The notes under the pieces were generated by a model. The model did no database searches. It was not told the origin of the DNA and saw only the letters and a program-made list of their open reading frames with translations. Below are positions 18,077-28,636 of a stretch of DNA of 54,224 bases, piece after piece. Origin of the DNA: an uncultured Flavonifractor sp. (lineage in GTDB: Bacteria > Bacillota > Clostridia > Oscillospirales > Oscillospiraceae). The stretch lies in NCBI GenBank assembly GCA_944383125.1, contig CALWOK010000171.1:1-54224 (forward strand), written 5' to 3'. How positions within the stretch are numbered: the first letter of the stretch is position 1; each line of letters begins with the position of its first letter. The translations under genes and the position numbers were made by a program.

Positions 18077-21000
18077 TCAAAAGCCGTCAAACAGGGTGAT
18101 CTGGCTGGTATCCGGCATACCATCCAAAGCGCCCGCTGCTTTCAGCTGCTCAATGTGGGTCTTGGACACCTTGGGACAGGCGGCAGAAAACTCCTCCACG
18201 GAGATAAACTGCTTGCCCTGCCGCTGTTCCAGGATGGAATAGGCCGCAGTTTCTCCCAGGCCGGGAATGGAGGCAAAGGGCGGCAATAGCGTACCGCTGC
18301 CCTCATCCATCAGGAAGTTGACGGCATGGGAGCGGTAGAGGTCCACATGCTCAAATGTAAAACCTCTCAGGTAGAACTCATATACTACTTCCAGTGTAAC
18401 CAGCATGTCTTTTTCAACAGCGGAGGGGTTTTCCTTGCTGCGGATCTCCTGCATTTTGGTTTTACATACCGCCATCCCCTGGCACATGCAGGTGGCGTCA
18501 AAGGCCTTGGCCCGGACGGAAAAGTAGGCGGCATAAAAGGCCAGAGGGCGGTGTACCTTGAACCAGGCAATGCGGAAGGCCATCATGACGTAGGCTACGG
18601 CGTGGGCCTTGGGGAAGAGATATTTGATTTTCTTGCAGGAGCCAATGTACCATTCCGGCACGCCGGCCGCCTTCATTTCCTCTTCGGCGCCGTCGGGCAG
18701 CCCCTTCCCTTTTCGCACCGACTCCATAATTTTAAAGGAGCGTTTTTCCGGCATGCCGCAGGAGATGAGAAACAGCATGATATCATCCCGGCAGCCAATT
18801 GCCTGTCCTACGGGGATGCCCTGATCTACAATCAGATCCCGGGCATTGCCCAGCCACACGTCGGTGCCATGGGAGAAACCGGACAGACGTACCAGAATGT
18901 CAAATTGGGTGGGGCTGGTGTCCTCCAGCATACCACGGACAAAGGAGGTTCCAAATTCAGGAATAGCCACTGCTCCGGTGGGGCCAAGGATGGGGTCATT
19001 GAGAAAACCAAGGGCTTCAGAGGAGGTAAAAATACTCATGGTACCCGGATCATCCAGAGGGATGTCGGTCCGGGCATTGACGCCGGTCAGATCTTCCAGC
19101 ATACGGATCATGGTAGGATCATCGTGGCCCAGCATATCCAGCTTCAGCAGGTTGGACTCCATGGAGTGGTATTCAAAGTGGGTGGTAATGATATCGGTGT
19201 CGGGATCATCTGCCGGGTGCTGTACCGGGCAGAAATCGTAAATCTCCCGGTTCTGTGGAATGACCACCATGCCGCCGGGATGCTGCCCTGTGGTGCGCTT
19301 TACCCCGGTACAGCCGGCGGTGAGCCGGTTTTCCTCTGCCCTGGAGGTATGAACCCCCCGTTCATCCAGATATTTTTTGACATAGCCATAGGCGGTTTTT
19401 TCCGCAACAGTGCCAATGGTGCCGGCCCGGAATACATGGGTCTGACCAAACAGCTCAAAGGTATAGCGGTGGGCATTGGCCTGGTATTCCCCGGAAAAAT
19501 TCAGGTCAATATCGGGTACTTTATCACCGCCAAACCCAAGGAAGGTTTCAAAGGGAATGTTAAAGCCGTCTTTGGCATAAGGCGTACCGCACACAGGGCA
19601 GAGGGCATCCGGCATATCTGCGCCACAGCCTGCCCCCAGTTCTTTGGCGCTTTCAAAGTCAGAGTGCTTGCACTTGGGACAGCGGTAGTGGGGCGGCAGA
19701 GAGTTGACCTCGGTGATGCCTGACATAAAGGCCACCAGAGAGGAGCCAACCGACCCCCGGGAGCCTACCAGGTAGCCGTGATCCAGAGAGTCCTGCACCA
19801 GCTTCTGGGCGGACATATAGATGACGTCATAATGGCGCATGAGAATGTCGCCCAGTTCCGCATTGATGCGGTCGGATACCAGCTTTGGCACCTCCTCACC
19901 GTAAAGGTCTTTTGCTTTCTCCCATACCAGACGGCTCAAATCCTCTGCGGAATGTTCAATTTTGGGGGCAAACAGCCCTTTGGGCAGGGGTACCACATCT
20001 TCGCACCAGTCGGCCACCAGGTTGGTATTGCGCACCACGACGTTATAGGCCTCTTCCTCTCCCAGATAGGAAAATTCCTCCAGCATCTCGCCGGTGGTTT
20101 TAAAGTAGATGGGCAGCGGGGAATCGGCATCGTCAAATCCTTTGGAAGCCAGCAGCACATGGCGGTAAATCTCGTCCTCTGGGTCCAGAAAGTGGACGTC
20201 TCCGGTGGCACATACTGGTTTGTCCAGCGCTTTGCCCAGGGCTACGATGGTACGGTTGAACTCTCGCAGCTCCTCCTGGCTTTTGACAATCCCCTTCCGC
20301 AGCATAAAGGCGTTGTTGCACAGGGGCTGAATCTCCAGAAAGTCATACCAGGAGGCTATTCGCTTCAGTTCTGCAAAGTCTTTCCGCTTTACAACAGCGT
20401 CAAAGAGTTCCCCTGCTTCACAGGCCGAGCCAATGATCAGTCCCTCCCGGTGCCGGTTGATCAGACTCTTGGGCATAATGGGATAGCGTTTGAAGTGCTC
20501 CAGGTGGGCATGGGAGATCAGCTGGTAGAGGTTGCGCAGACCCAGCTGATTTTTGGCCAGCACAATCAGATGCTTGGGCTGCCGCCGTGCCTTGCCGCCG
20601 GTGCGCAGCTTAGTCATGGCAGGGTTGATTTGTTGGAGGGTGTGAATCCCTCTGTCCTGCAGCATCTGGAAAAAGGGGATCAGCATATACCCGACTGTGG
20701 CGGCGTCATCATAGGCCCGGTGATGGTTGAAGGCGGGCAGGTTTAAGTGATTGGCCACGATATCCAGTTTGTATTTGCCCAGCTGGGGCAGAAGGTTCTG
20801 GGCCAGAATCAGGCTGTCCAGAGTGGTATTCTCAAAGGGGCGGCCCATCCTGGCACAGGCGGCGGCGATAAAACCCAGGTCAAACTCGGCGTTATGCGCC
20901 GCCAGAGGTCTGTCCCCTACAAAGTCCAGAAAGGCGTTGACCGCCTGGGCCTGGGAGGGTGCGCCCTTGAGCATCTGATCGGTAATGCCGGTAAGCTGGG

Positions 21001-22207
21001 TAATTTCACGGCTCAGAGGGCGGCCTGGATCGGCAAAGGTAGAAAACTGCTCCACCACTTCCCCGTTGCGCAGCACCACCGCACCGATTTCGGTAATGGC
21101 ATCGTGCCGTTTGTCCAGACCGGTGGTTTCAATGTCAAAACAGACAATATCTTGTGTAAAGTCTTGTTCCTTATCACCATGAACCACCACCCGGTCGTCC
21201 ACATCGTTGATGTAGTAGGCTTCCACACCGTAGAGCAGCTTGATTTGCTTGGCGGAATGCCAGGCCTCGGGAAATGCCTGGGCCACCCCATGGTCGGTAA
21301 TGGCAATGGCCCGGTGTCCCCAGGCCTCTGCCCGCTTCACCACATTCCGGTCTGGACCCTGCTTGGGACCGACCTGTGTGAGGGCATCCATGGAGGAGAG
21401 GGTGGTATGGAGGTGAAGCTCCACTCGTTTCTCTGGCGCGTCATCCATCCGCATGGTCTTTTTCCCTTCCATGACGGCGTAAGGCTCCAGTACCATATCC
21501 CCGGTAAAGCGGTCGATGTTCAGCTTGCCCTGAATCATCAGCCGCTGGCCTTTTTTTACACCATTTACCAGAGGCATTCCCTCTTCGCCGGGAAAAAATT
21601 TGCTGACCCGAACGGAACCGGTATAGTCGGTGACATCAAAACAGACCACCCAGGCCCCACGCTTTTTCAGCTCCCGGTGGTCTATGGCAAAGACATCCCC
21701 CTCCACAACCACCGTACCCATGTCCAGATCCAGGGTACCCATGGGGATGGACTCCTTTTTGATTTCATGGCGTCCGTAAAGGAGTTTTCCTTTCTGCTCT
21801 TTGCTTCTCTTCTTCTCAGATGGCCGAACGGTTTGCAGCGCTTCCAGCGCTTTACGGCGGAGTTCTTCGGTCCGGCGGAAGGCTGCGGTGGAATCCTCCT
21901 GAGTATGCTCAGAAGAGGCAGACCCCTGGGGAGCCTCTTCCGCAGCAAGCGCCGGCTTCCCTTCCGGAGCAGACAGGGACAGCACGACCCGCTCCACCCG
22001 GTAGGTCAGGGCCAGACTCTGTTCCATCTGAAGGCGGACCGCTTCAGATGGAAGGGCGGCACACTCGACCTGGGCCTGGATGGAGCGGACCTGCTTGTCA
22101 ATAACCGCCTGGGTTACAAGATAGCCCTCCACCAAAGCGGCCAGCTCCGGACCGGGCCGCCAGGCGGAGAACAGCTTTAAAAATGGGATCTTTTGTGCTT
22201 GCGGCAT
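18077..22207 (-). CDS. polC: DNA polymerase III PolC-type alpha subunit
   Basis: OB fold, PHP domain (RVELHLH, ITDHG), inserted 3'-5' exonuclease (FDIETTG, HNAEFD, HHRAYDD), GSRGSVGSS, VPDIDLNFSG, YLFPKAHA. Confidence 0.99.
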   Translation of the reverse strand: MPQAQKIPFLKLFSAWRPGPELAALVEGYLVTQAVIDKQVRSIQAQVECAALPSEAVRLQMEQSLALTYRVERVVLSLSAPEGKPALAAEEAPQGSASSEHTQEDSTAAFRRTEELRRKALEALQTVRPSEKKRSKEQKGKLLYGRHEIKKESIPMGTLDLDMGTVVVEGDVFAIDHRELKKRGAWVVCFDVTDYTGSVRVSKFFPGEEGMPLVNGVKKGQRLMIQGKLNIDRFTGDMVLEPYAVMEGKKTMRMDDAPEKRVELHLHTTLSSMDALTQVGPKQGPDRNVVKRAEAWGHRAIAITDHGVAQAFPEAWHSAKQIKLLYGVEAYYINDVDDRVVVHGDKEQDFTQDIVCFDIETTGLDKRHDAITEIGAVVLRNGEVVEQFSTFADPGRPLSREITQLTGITDQMLKGAPSQAQAVNAFLDFVGDRPLAAHNAEFDLGFIAAACARMGRPFENTTLDSLILAQNLLPQLGKYKLDIVANHLNLPAFNHHRAYDDAATVGYMLIPFFQMLQDRGIHTLQQINPAMTKLRTGGKARRQPKHLIVLAKNQLGLRNLYQLISHAHLEHFKRYPIMPKSLINRHREGLIIGSACEAGELFDAVVKRKDFAELKRIASWYDFLEIQPLCNNAFMLRKGIVKSQEELREFNRTIVALGKALDKPVCATGDVHFLDPEDEIYRHVLLASKGFDDADSPLPIYFKTTGEMLEEFSYLGEEEAYNVVVRNTNLVADWCEDVVPLPKGLFAPKIEHSAEDLSRLVWEKAKDLYGEEVPKLVSDRINAELGDILMRHYDVIYMSAQKLVQDSLDHGYLVGSRGSVGSSLVAFMSGITEVNSLPPHYRCPKCKHSDFESAKELGAGCGADMPDALCPVCGTPYAKDGFNIPFETFLGFGGDKVPDIDLNFSGEYQANAHRYTFELFGQTHVFRAGTIGTVAEKTAYGYVKKYLDERGVHTSRAEENRLTAGCTGVKRTTGQHPGGMVVIPQNREIYDFCPVQHPADDPDTDIITTHFEYHSMESNLLKLDMLGHDDPTMIRMLEDLTGVNARTDIPLDDPGTMSIFTSSEALGFLNDPILGPTGAVAIPEFGTSFVRGMLEDTSPTQFDILVRLSGFSHGTDVWLGNARDLIVDQGIPVGQAIGCRDDIMLFLISCGMPEKRSFKIMESVRKGKGLPDGAEEEMKAAGVPEWYIGSCKKIKYLFPKAHAVAYVMMAFRIAWFKVHRPLAFYAAYFSVRAKAFDATCMCQGMAVCKTKMQEIRSKENPSAVEKDMLVTLEVVYEFYLRGFTFEHVDLYRSHAVNFLMDEGSGTLLPPFASIPGLGETAAYSILEQRQGKQFISVEEFSAACPKVSKTHIEQLKAAGALDGMPDTSQITLFDGF

Positions 22208-22222
22208 AGAAAACGCTCCTGC

Positions 22223-23260
22223 TTACAGTTGGTCAATGAGGTGAAACAGCTGATCCACCAGCTGCTCCTGCGGTACTTTTTTGACAATCTCCCCTTTTCG
22301 GAAGAGCAATCCTTCCCCATCCCCGCCGGCAATGCCCACATCGGCGGCAGAGGCCTCCCCGGGACCGTTGACCACACAGCCCATCACCGCCACGGTAATG
22401 GGTTTGTGGACCTGTTTCAGCCGCTCCTCCACCTGATTGGCCAGGCCAATCAGGTCAATCCGGGTGCGGCCGCAGGTGGGGCAGGAGATCAGATTTGGCT
22501 CCTGTTCCACCATGCCCAGGGCTTTCAGGATATCCCGGGCAGCATATATCTCTTCTACCGGGTGGGCGGACAACGAGACACGCAGAGTGTCTCCAATGCC
22601 CAAGGCCAGCAGTCCCCCAATGCCAATGGCAGATTTGATGGTACCCATCCGGATGGTGCCGGTTTCGGTTACACCAAGATGTAAAGGATAATCACTTTTC
22701 TCACTCATCAGCCGATAGGCAGCCATGGTGGTTGCCACCGAAGAGGATTTCAGGGAGATACAGATGTCATGGAAGTTGTACTGTTCCAGCAGAGCAATGT
22801 GCCCGAAGGCGGATTCTACCAGGGCCTCCGGTGTTACTCCGCCATACTTGGCCAGCAGAGGCTTTTCCAGAGAGCCGCCGTTGACGCCGATGCGAATGGG
22901 AAGTCCTTTTGCTTTACAGGCTTCGGCTACCGCTTTTACCCTGTCCTTCCCCCCGATGTTGCCGGGGTTGATGCGCACAGCATCGCAGCCCCCCTCCACA
23001 CAGGTAAGAGCCAGCCGATAGTCAAAGTGGATATCCACCACCAGAGGGATATGAATCTGGCGCCTGATCTCCCCCACTGCCTGAGCGGCTGCCATGTCGG
23101 GTACAGCCACCCGGATGATCTGACATCCGGCCTTCTCCAGCTGGAGAATCTGGGCCACCGTGGCCTGCACGTCGTCGGTGCGGGTATTGGTCATGGACTG
23201 AATGGTAACGGGGGCGCCCCCTCCTACCGGGACGCCGCCCACAAAAATCTGTCTGGTCAT
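22223..23260 (-). CDS. ispG: HMBPP synthase (GcpE)
   Basis: IQSMTNT, RINPGNIG, RIGVNGGSL, SCPTCGR, MGCVVNGPGE. Confidence 0.98.
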   Translation of the reverse strand: MTRQIFVGGVPVGGGAPVTIQSMTNTRTDDVQATVAQILQLEKAGCQIIRVAVPDMAAAQAVGEIRRQIHIPLVVDIHFDYRLALTCVEGGCDAVRINPGNIGGKDRVKAVAEACKAKGLPIRIGVNGGSLEKPLLAKYGGVTPEALVESAFGHIALLEQYNFHDICISLKSSSVATTMAAYRLMSEKSDYPLHLGVTETGTIRMGTIKSAIGIGGLLALGIGDTLRVSLSAHPVEEIYAARDILKALGMVEQEPNLISCPTCGRTRIDLIGLANQVEERLKQVHKPITVAVMGCVVNGPGEASAADVGIAGGDGEGLLFRKGEIVKKVPQEQLVDQLFHLIDQL

Positions 23261-23270
23261 AGGTTCCTCC

Positions 23271-24344
23271 CTAAAACAGCTTTACCACATCATTGACTGC
23301 CACTATAATCATCAGGCCGATGAGACAGAGAAAGCCGGCAGCATTGATATAGCTCAGGTAGCGTTCGTTGATGCGCCTCTTGGTAAACAGGTGATAGATC
23401 CAGCCTACCAAGACAAAGAGGATCTGCCCGCCATCCAGGGCGGGAATGGGCAGCAGATTCATAACCGCCAGATTGATGGCAATCAGGGCGGTAAAGTCCA
23501 GCAGATTGATCAGCGCACCAAAGAAACCGGCCGCCTCTGCACCTGCCTGACCCACATCCCCTGCAACCGCCACAATCCCAATAGGGCCGGTCAGCTCCTG
23601 TAAACCCATCGCACCGGTAATGAGATCCCCCAGGCCCATCCACACCATGCGGACATAGTCCACAGCCTGGTACCAGGTATTTTGCAGGGTGGTGAACAGG
23701 TTGCTCTCCTGAAATTGTCCTACATAGATGCCACGGCGCTCCACGGTCTGCCCTGTTTCATCCACCAGTTGACGGTAGGGCAAATGAATCTTCCCCAGAT
23801 CCACCCGTTCTCCATCCCGCAGCACCACTACATCCACATCTGCTCCGGCCCGCTCCAAAAAGAGGAATGCATCGGTCTTAAAATAAATCCGATGCCCGTC
23901 GATGGTATAGAACTGGTCGCCGGGCTGCAGCCCGGTGTCCAGCACTTCCTCGGCCCCTTCCATGACGCCGGTGAAAACCGGCATGGCGGGACTGCCTGCC
24001 AGAGAGAAAATGATCAGAATCAGGACAACCCCGGTGAGAAAGTTCATTAAGGCCCCTGCTGCCAGGATAATCAGCTTTTTCCATCCCGGCTTATTGCTGA
24101 AGGCCCGGGGGTCGTCGGAGGACTCCCCTTCCCCCTCCATGGCGCAGAAGCCACCAATGGGAAATGCCCGCCAGGTGTACAGGGTATCCCCTTTTTCTTT
24201 GGAAAGCAGCTTGGGGCCCATACCAATGGCAAACTCATTCACCTTGACACCCAAGGCTTTTGCGGCAATGAAATGACCGAATTCATGAACCGCAATGAGC
24301 ATACCAAAGAAAATAATAATGAGAACAACGGATAAAACGCTCAT
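23271..24344 (-). CDS. rseP: RIP metalloprotease RseP/RasP (M50 with PDZ-like insert)
   Basis: HEFGH, NLLPIPALDGG; conserved dxr-rseP-ispG order. Start may instead be GTG 24350. Confidence 0.95.
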   Translation of the reverse strand: MSVLSVVLIIIFFGMLIAVHEFGHFIAAKALGVKVNEFAIGMGPKLLSKEKGDTLYTWRAFPIGGFCAMEGEGESSDDPRAFSNKPGWKKLIILAAGALMNFLTGVVLILIIFSLAGSPAMPVFTGVMEGAEEVLDTGLQPGDQFYTIDGHRIYFKTDAFLFLERAGADVDVVVLRDGERVDLGKIHLPYRQLVDETGQTVERRGIYVGQFQESNLFTTLQNTWYQAVDYVRMVWMGLGDLITGAMGLQELTGPIGIVAVAGDVGQAGAEAAGFFGALINLLDFTALIAINLAVMNLLPIPALDGGQILFVLVGWIYHLFTKRRINERYLSYINAAGFLCLIGLMIIVAVNDVVKLF

Positions 24345-24356
24345 AGACACCTCATA

Positions 24357-25496
24357 TTACATGGTTGCAAGGATTCTGGCCTGCTGGTCTGCCGCCAGCA
24401 CATCCTCCAATCCAGGGTGTGCTGCCACCGGAATCTGGGACAAGGCCCGGGCAACCCGGTCGGCAATCTCCCCAAAGGAACTGTTGCCTGCCAGGAATAG
24501 CCCGACGGCTGCTTCGTTGGCGCCGTTGAGAATGGCGGTCGCAGTACCGCCGGTGCGGGCGGCCTCCAGGGCCAGCCCCAGGCAGGGAAATGCCTCGTAA
24601 TCCGGCTGCCGGAAGGTCAGGGGGGGACAGTGCAGCAGATCCAGAGGGGTGGCCGCCCCTTCTGTCCGGTCCGGCCAGGTCAGGGCATATTGGATGGGCA
24701 GCCGCATGTCCGGGGTACCCAGCTGGGCCAGGATGGCATTATCACAATATTCCACCAGGGAATGAATGATGCTCTCCCGGTGAATGACAATGGAAATCTG
24801 CTCCGGCGGCATACGGTAGAGCCGCATGGCTTCAATGAACTCCAGTCCCTTATTCATCAAGGTGGCGGAGTCTATGGTGATTTTTGCTCCCATAGACCAG
24901 TTGGGGTGGTGCAGAGCCTGCTCGACGGTAGCAGCGGCAATGTCTGCTTTCTCCCAACCAAAAAACGGTCCACCGGATGCCGTAAGAATCAGGCGGCGCA
25001 CCTCTCCCCTGTCCCGGCACCCCTGAAGGCATTGGAAGATGGCGGAGTGTTCCGAATCCACCGGTACAATCTCGGCACCATACCGTTGGGCCTCCTCCAT
25101 CACCAGCTCACCGGCACACACCAGTGTTTCTTTATTGGCCAGGGCAATCCGCTTACCGCAACGGATGGCTGCCAGGGTGGGGCGCAAACCTACCATGCCC
25201 ACCACGGCAGTCAGCACCGTGTCTGCCTCCTCCAGAGAGGCAGCTTCGATCAGCCCCTCCATACCTTCTGCGACCTGGGTGGCGGTATCTGCCAGCCGTA
25301 TCCGCAGGTCAGCGGCAGCCTCCCGGTCCATCATAACCGCCAGAGTGGGATGGAACTGCCGGCACTGTTCCTCCATCCGGTTCACATCCCGGTTGGCGGT
25401 AAGGGCGGCTACTTTCATGTCAGAAGCGGCAATCACCTCCAGTGATTGCCGCCCAATGGAGCCGGTAGAACCCAGCAAAGAAATGCATCGACTCAT
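24357..25496 (-). CDS. dxr: 1-deoxy-D-xylulose-5-phosphate reductoisomerase
   Basis: LGSTGSIG, LANKE, PVDSEH, TASGGPF, HPNWSMGAKITIDSAT. Confidence 0.99.
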   Translation of the reverse strand: MSRCISLLGSTGSIGRQSLEVIAASDMKVAALTANRDVNRMEEQCRQFHPTLAVMMDREAAADLRIRLADTATQVAEGMEGLIEAASLEEADTVLTAVVGMVGLRPTLAAIRCGKRIALANKETLVCAGELVMEEAQRYGAEIVPVDSEHSAIFQCLQGCRDRGEVRRLILTASGGPFFGWEKADIAAATVEQALHHPNWSMGAKITIDSATLMNKGLEFIEAMRLYRMPPEQISIVIHRESIIHSLVEYCDNAILAQLGTPDMRLPIQYALTWPDRTEGAATPLDLLHCPPLTFRQPDYEAFPCLGLALEAARTGGTATAILNGANEAAVGLFLAGNSSFGEIADRVARALSQIPVAAHPGLEDVLAADQQARILATM

Positions 25497-25498
25497 AT

Positions 25499-26323
25499 TC
25501 AGCCTCCGATTGCGGGAAGGAAATGGATCAGCAGCTCCAGAAGAGGAGCGCAGAACAAAACGCTGTCAAAGCGGTCCAGCACTCCGCCATGGCCGGGGAA
25601 GATATAGCCAAAATCCTTAATCCCATATTCCCGCTTGATATAAGAAAAGGACAAATCTCCGATCTGAGACACAATGCTGCCCAGGGCGCCATACACAGCC
25701 AGATAGAAATAGTTGATTTCCAGGGAAAAGCCCATCTGGAGGATGACGCCGAACAGAACGGTGGCTGCAATGGCTCCCACAAAGCCGCCTATGGCGCCCT
25801 CTACTGTCTTTTTGGGGGAAAGCTCCGGGGCCAGCTTATGCCTGCCGAAGGCCATACCGGCAAACAGGGCAAAGGCATCGCTGATGAAGGGTACCTCAAA
25901 GGGCAGTACAATCAGGGCTTGCCATGGCTCCATCATGCGGATCCGCAGAATGGAGGAGAGGAAGGAAGGAATGACTATGGTAAGAAAAAAGGCGCCCCCC
26001 AGTTTTTCCAGGGTAATTTTCTTATGGCTGGCAATGGCCTCACAGAACAGCAGAAATACATACACAAAGATGCCGCTCAGGGCAGCTACGGCATAGCTGC
26101 CATAATATACCCAGAAGGGAATCAGACCGGCCATCACAATGGAGTAACAGGTGATCCTGGCATGTTTGAGAAAGCCGGTAGACCACAGCGCCTCATGAAC
26201 CGCTACCATCGACAGTGCAGCGACCAGAATGCAGAGAATTACGGGGTAGACGGGGGAAACCAGGTAGACGGCCGCAGCCAGCAAAGGGATGCAGATCACA
26301 GCCACCATAATTCGTTTGCCCAC
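25499..26323 (-). CDS. cdsA: Phosphatidate cytidylyltransferase
   Basis: SPKKTVEG, IKDFG..FPGHGGVLDRFDS; GTG start 26323 after GGAGGTG. Confidence 0.95.
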   Translation of the reverse strand: MGKRIMVAVICIPLLAAAVYLVSPVYPVILCILVAALSMVAVHEALWSTGFLKHARITCYSIVMAGLIPFWVYYGSYAVAALSGIFVYVFLLFCEAIASHKKITLEKLGGAFFLTIVIPSFLSSILRIRMMEPWQALIVLPFEVPFISDAFALFAGMAFGRHKLAPELSPKKTVEGAIGGFVGAIAATVLFGVILQMGFSLEINYFYLAVYGALGSIVSQIGDLSFSYIKREYGIKDFGYIFPGHGGVLDRFDSVLFCAPLLELLIHFLPAIGG

Positions 26324-26324
26324 C

Positions 26325-27068
26325 TCAGACACCTCCAAAACGGCGGGAACGGCTCTGATAGGCCGCCAGCGCCTTGTGCAGCTCTTCCTGATCAAAGTCA
26401 GGCCATAACACATCCGTATAGTAAAATTCCGCATAGGCGGATTGCCACAGCAGGAAGTTGGAGATACGCACTTCGCCGCTGGGCCGGATGACCAGATCGG
26501 GGTCCGGGATACCGGCAGAGTAGAGATAACCGGAAAGCAGCGCCTCGGTCAGCTCTTCCGGGCGATGCTTTCCCGCCTGACAGTCGGCGGCAAAGGTTTT
26601 GGCAGCACGAACAATTTCGTCCCGTCCCCCGTAGTTAAAGCACACATTGACCTGCATCCCGTCGTAGCGGGTGGAAATATCATCGGTCCGGACGGTCAGC
26701 TGACGCAGCTCCGGCGGCAGAGCTTCCAGATCCCCGAAAAAGTGCAGCCGGATTTTGTCCCGTTCCATTTTTTCAATGGACTCCAGCAGATATTTTTTCA
26801 GCAATCCGATGATGGAGGACACCTCTTCCGCAGGCCGTTTCCAGTTTTCTGTGGAAAAGGCGTATACCGTCAGGTATTCCAGTCCGATTGTCTGACAATA
26901 GGTGGCAATGCTGCGGAAGGTCTCCGCACCGGCTGCATGGCCTGCTGTGCGGGGCAGTCCCCGCCGTTTGGCCCAGCGGCCATTGCCATCCATGATGATT
27001 GCCACATGGCGGGGCAGATGGTCAAAGTCGACCTGTACCTGCCGCTTCCTTGGTTTGAATATACCCAT
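26325..27068 (-). CDS. uppS: Undecaprenyl diphosphate synthase
   Basis: IMDGNGRWA, FSTENWKRP, NYGGR, IRPSGE.RISNFLLWQ. Confidence 0.98.
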   Translation of the reverse strand: MGIFKPRKRQVQVDFDHLPRHVAIIMDGNGRWAKRRGLPRTAGHAAGAETFRSIATYCQTIGLEYLTVYAFSTENWKRPAEEVSSIIGLLKKYLLESIEKMERDKIRLHFFGDLEALPPELRQLTVRTDDISTRYDGMQVNVCFNYGGRDEIVRAAKTFAADCQAGKHRPEELTEALLSGYLYSAGIPDPDLVIRPSGEVRISNFLLWQSAYAEFYYTDVLWPDFDQEELHKALAAYQSRSRRFGGV

Positions 27069-27093
27069 GCCTAAACCTGCCTATACAATACCA

Positions 27094-27120
27094 GTGCGGG
27101 ACACCTGAGGTATCCCGCAC
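27094..27120 (-). terminator. Stem-loop between frr and uppS (partial terminator or mRNA stabiliser)
   Basis: Minus strand GTGCGGGATACC-TCA-GGTGTCCCGCAC with a weak U-tract. Confidence 0.55.
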
Positions 27121-27147
27121 CGGGCTCTTATTTGATTGCCTGTGGGC

Positions 27148-27702
27148 TTATACCGCCATCAGTTCCGCTTCCTTCTTGGCGGTAAGCTCGTCGATCTCCT
27201 TACAGCGCTTGTCGGTAAGCTCCTGAAGCTCCTTTTCGTAGTCCTTCCGGTCATCCTCGGTGATCTCAGCCTTCTTTTCCAGCGCCTTGAACTTCTCCAT
27301 GGCATCCCGGCGGATATTGCGGATGGCAACCTTTCCGTTTTCTCCGTACTTCTTGACCTGCTTGGACAGTTCCTTACGGCGCTCCTCGGTGAGCTGTGGG
27401 AACGCCAGACGGATCACACGGCCGTCGTTTTGGGGATTGATGCCCAGGTCGGAGCACTGGATGGCCTTTTCAATGGCCTTGAGCAGCGTACCATCCCAGG
27501 GCTGGATCATCAGGGAACGGGGATCGGGAGAAGAAATGGCGGCCACCTGATTCAACGGGGTGGGGGCGCCGTAGTAGTCCACGGTGATTTTATCCAGCAC
27601 GGCAGCGTTGGCCCGTCCGGCCCGGACGCTGGCAAAATCGCTCATCACCACGTCAATGGTTTTCTTCATCTTTGCATCAAACTCTTTGTTGATCTCGTTC
27701 AT
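27148..27702 (-). CDS. frr: Ribosome recycling factor
   Basis: VRAGRAN, VDYYG, LGINPQNDG, LTEERRK, AIRNIRRDA. Confidence 0.98.
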   Translation of the reverse strand: MNEINKEFDAKMKKTIDVVMSDFASVRAGRANAAVLDKITVDYYGAPTPLNQVAAISSPDPRSLMIQPWDGTLLKAIEKAIQCSDLGINPQNDGRVIRLAFPQLTEERRKELSKQVKKYGENGKVAIRNIRRDAMEKFKALEKKAEITEDDRKDYEKELQELTDKRCKEIDELTAKKEAELMAV

Positions 27703-27703
27703 T

Positions 27704-28426
27704 TCACCGTTCCTCCTTGACAATGGTGCCGATCTTTTCTCCCATCACAACACGCAGAATATTTTCGGGGTCTTTCAGGGCGAAAAGAATCACCGGAATT
27801 TTGTTGTCCATGGACAGGGATGTGGCGGTACTGTCCATCGCCTCCAGGTGCTGGGCCAGCACGTCATTGTAGGTGATGGTATCATACTTGACGGCATTTG
27901 GATCTTTTTTGGGATCTGCGGAGTAGACGCCATCAATATTTTTGGCCAGCAGAATGGCGTCGGCATCAATTTCTGCCGCCCGCAGAACGGCGGCGGTATC
28001 CGTAGAGAAGAACGGGTTGCCGGTGCCGCAGCCAAAGATGACCACTCTCCCCTTCTCCATATGCCGGATAGCTTTGGAGCGGATGTATGGCTCGGCAATG
28101 GAGCGCATTTCGATTGCGGTCTGCACCCGCACGTCAACACCCTTCTGCTCCAGGACATCAGCCACAGCCAGGGCGTTGATGCTGGTAGCCAGCATACCCA
28201 TATGGTCAGCCCGGGTACGCTCCATCCGGTCGCCGCCGTCCTTGACGCCCCGCCAGAAGTTGCCGCCGCCCACTACAATTCCAACCTGGACCCCTGCGGC
28301 CACACATTTTTTAATCACGTCGCAAACATTGCCGATCACATCAAAATCCAAGCCACGGCTGGCCTCACCAGCCAGCGCTTCGCCGCTTACCTTCAGAAGG
28401 ATCCGCTTGAATTGCGGTTCACTCAT
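27704..28426 (-). CDS. pyrH: UMP kinase
   Basis: [36 protein letters not shown]. Confidence 0.99.
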   Translation of the reverse strand: MSEPQFKRILLKVSGEALAGEASRGLDFDVIGNVCDVIKKCVAAGVQVGIVVGGGNFWRGVKDGGDRMERTRADHMGMLATSINALAVADVLEQKGVDVRVQTAIEMRSIAEPYIRSKAIRHMEKGRVVIFGCGTGNPFFSTDTAAVLRAAEIDADAILLAKNIDGVYSADPKKDPNAVKYDTITYNDVLAQHLEAMDSTATSLSMDNKIPVILFALKDPENILRVVMGEKIGTIVKEER

Positions 28427-28594
28427 AGATTCAACCCCTTTTTCGGAATATCAAGCGTCTCTATTTTAATATAGTTTTCCATTTTTGCATAGAGGTTAGG
28501 CTAAAATTTTTTAACTTCTTCACAAATTGCCGGAATCCTGCTCTGTTGTCAGAGGCGGCAGGAAAGAAGAACCTTCGCCGATGTGCAGGAGGAC

Positions 28595-28633
28595 AAAAAG
28601 GAGGCTGTTGCATCCATACTGCAACAGCCTCCT
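28595..28633 (-). terminator. Terminator of the arsR-permease-thioredoxin operon
   Basis: 14-bp stem AGGAGGCTGTTGCA / TGCAACAGCCTCCT followed by a T-run on the minus strand. Confidence 0.8.
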
Positions 28634-28636
28634 GGT

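Noticed and set aside
18326-22180. Several 320-480 aa plus-strand ORFs opposite polC
   Set aside because: Antisense shadows with no recognisable domains.
18077-22207. Possible intein or intron in polC
   Set aside because: Length and domain order are normal for PolC; no splicing motifs seen.
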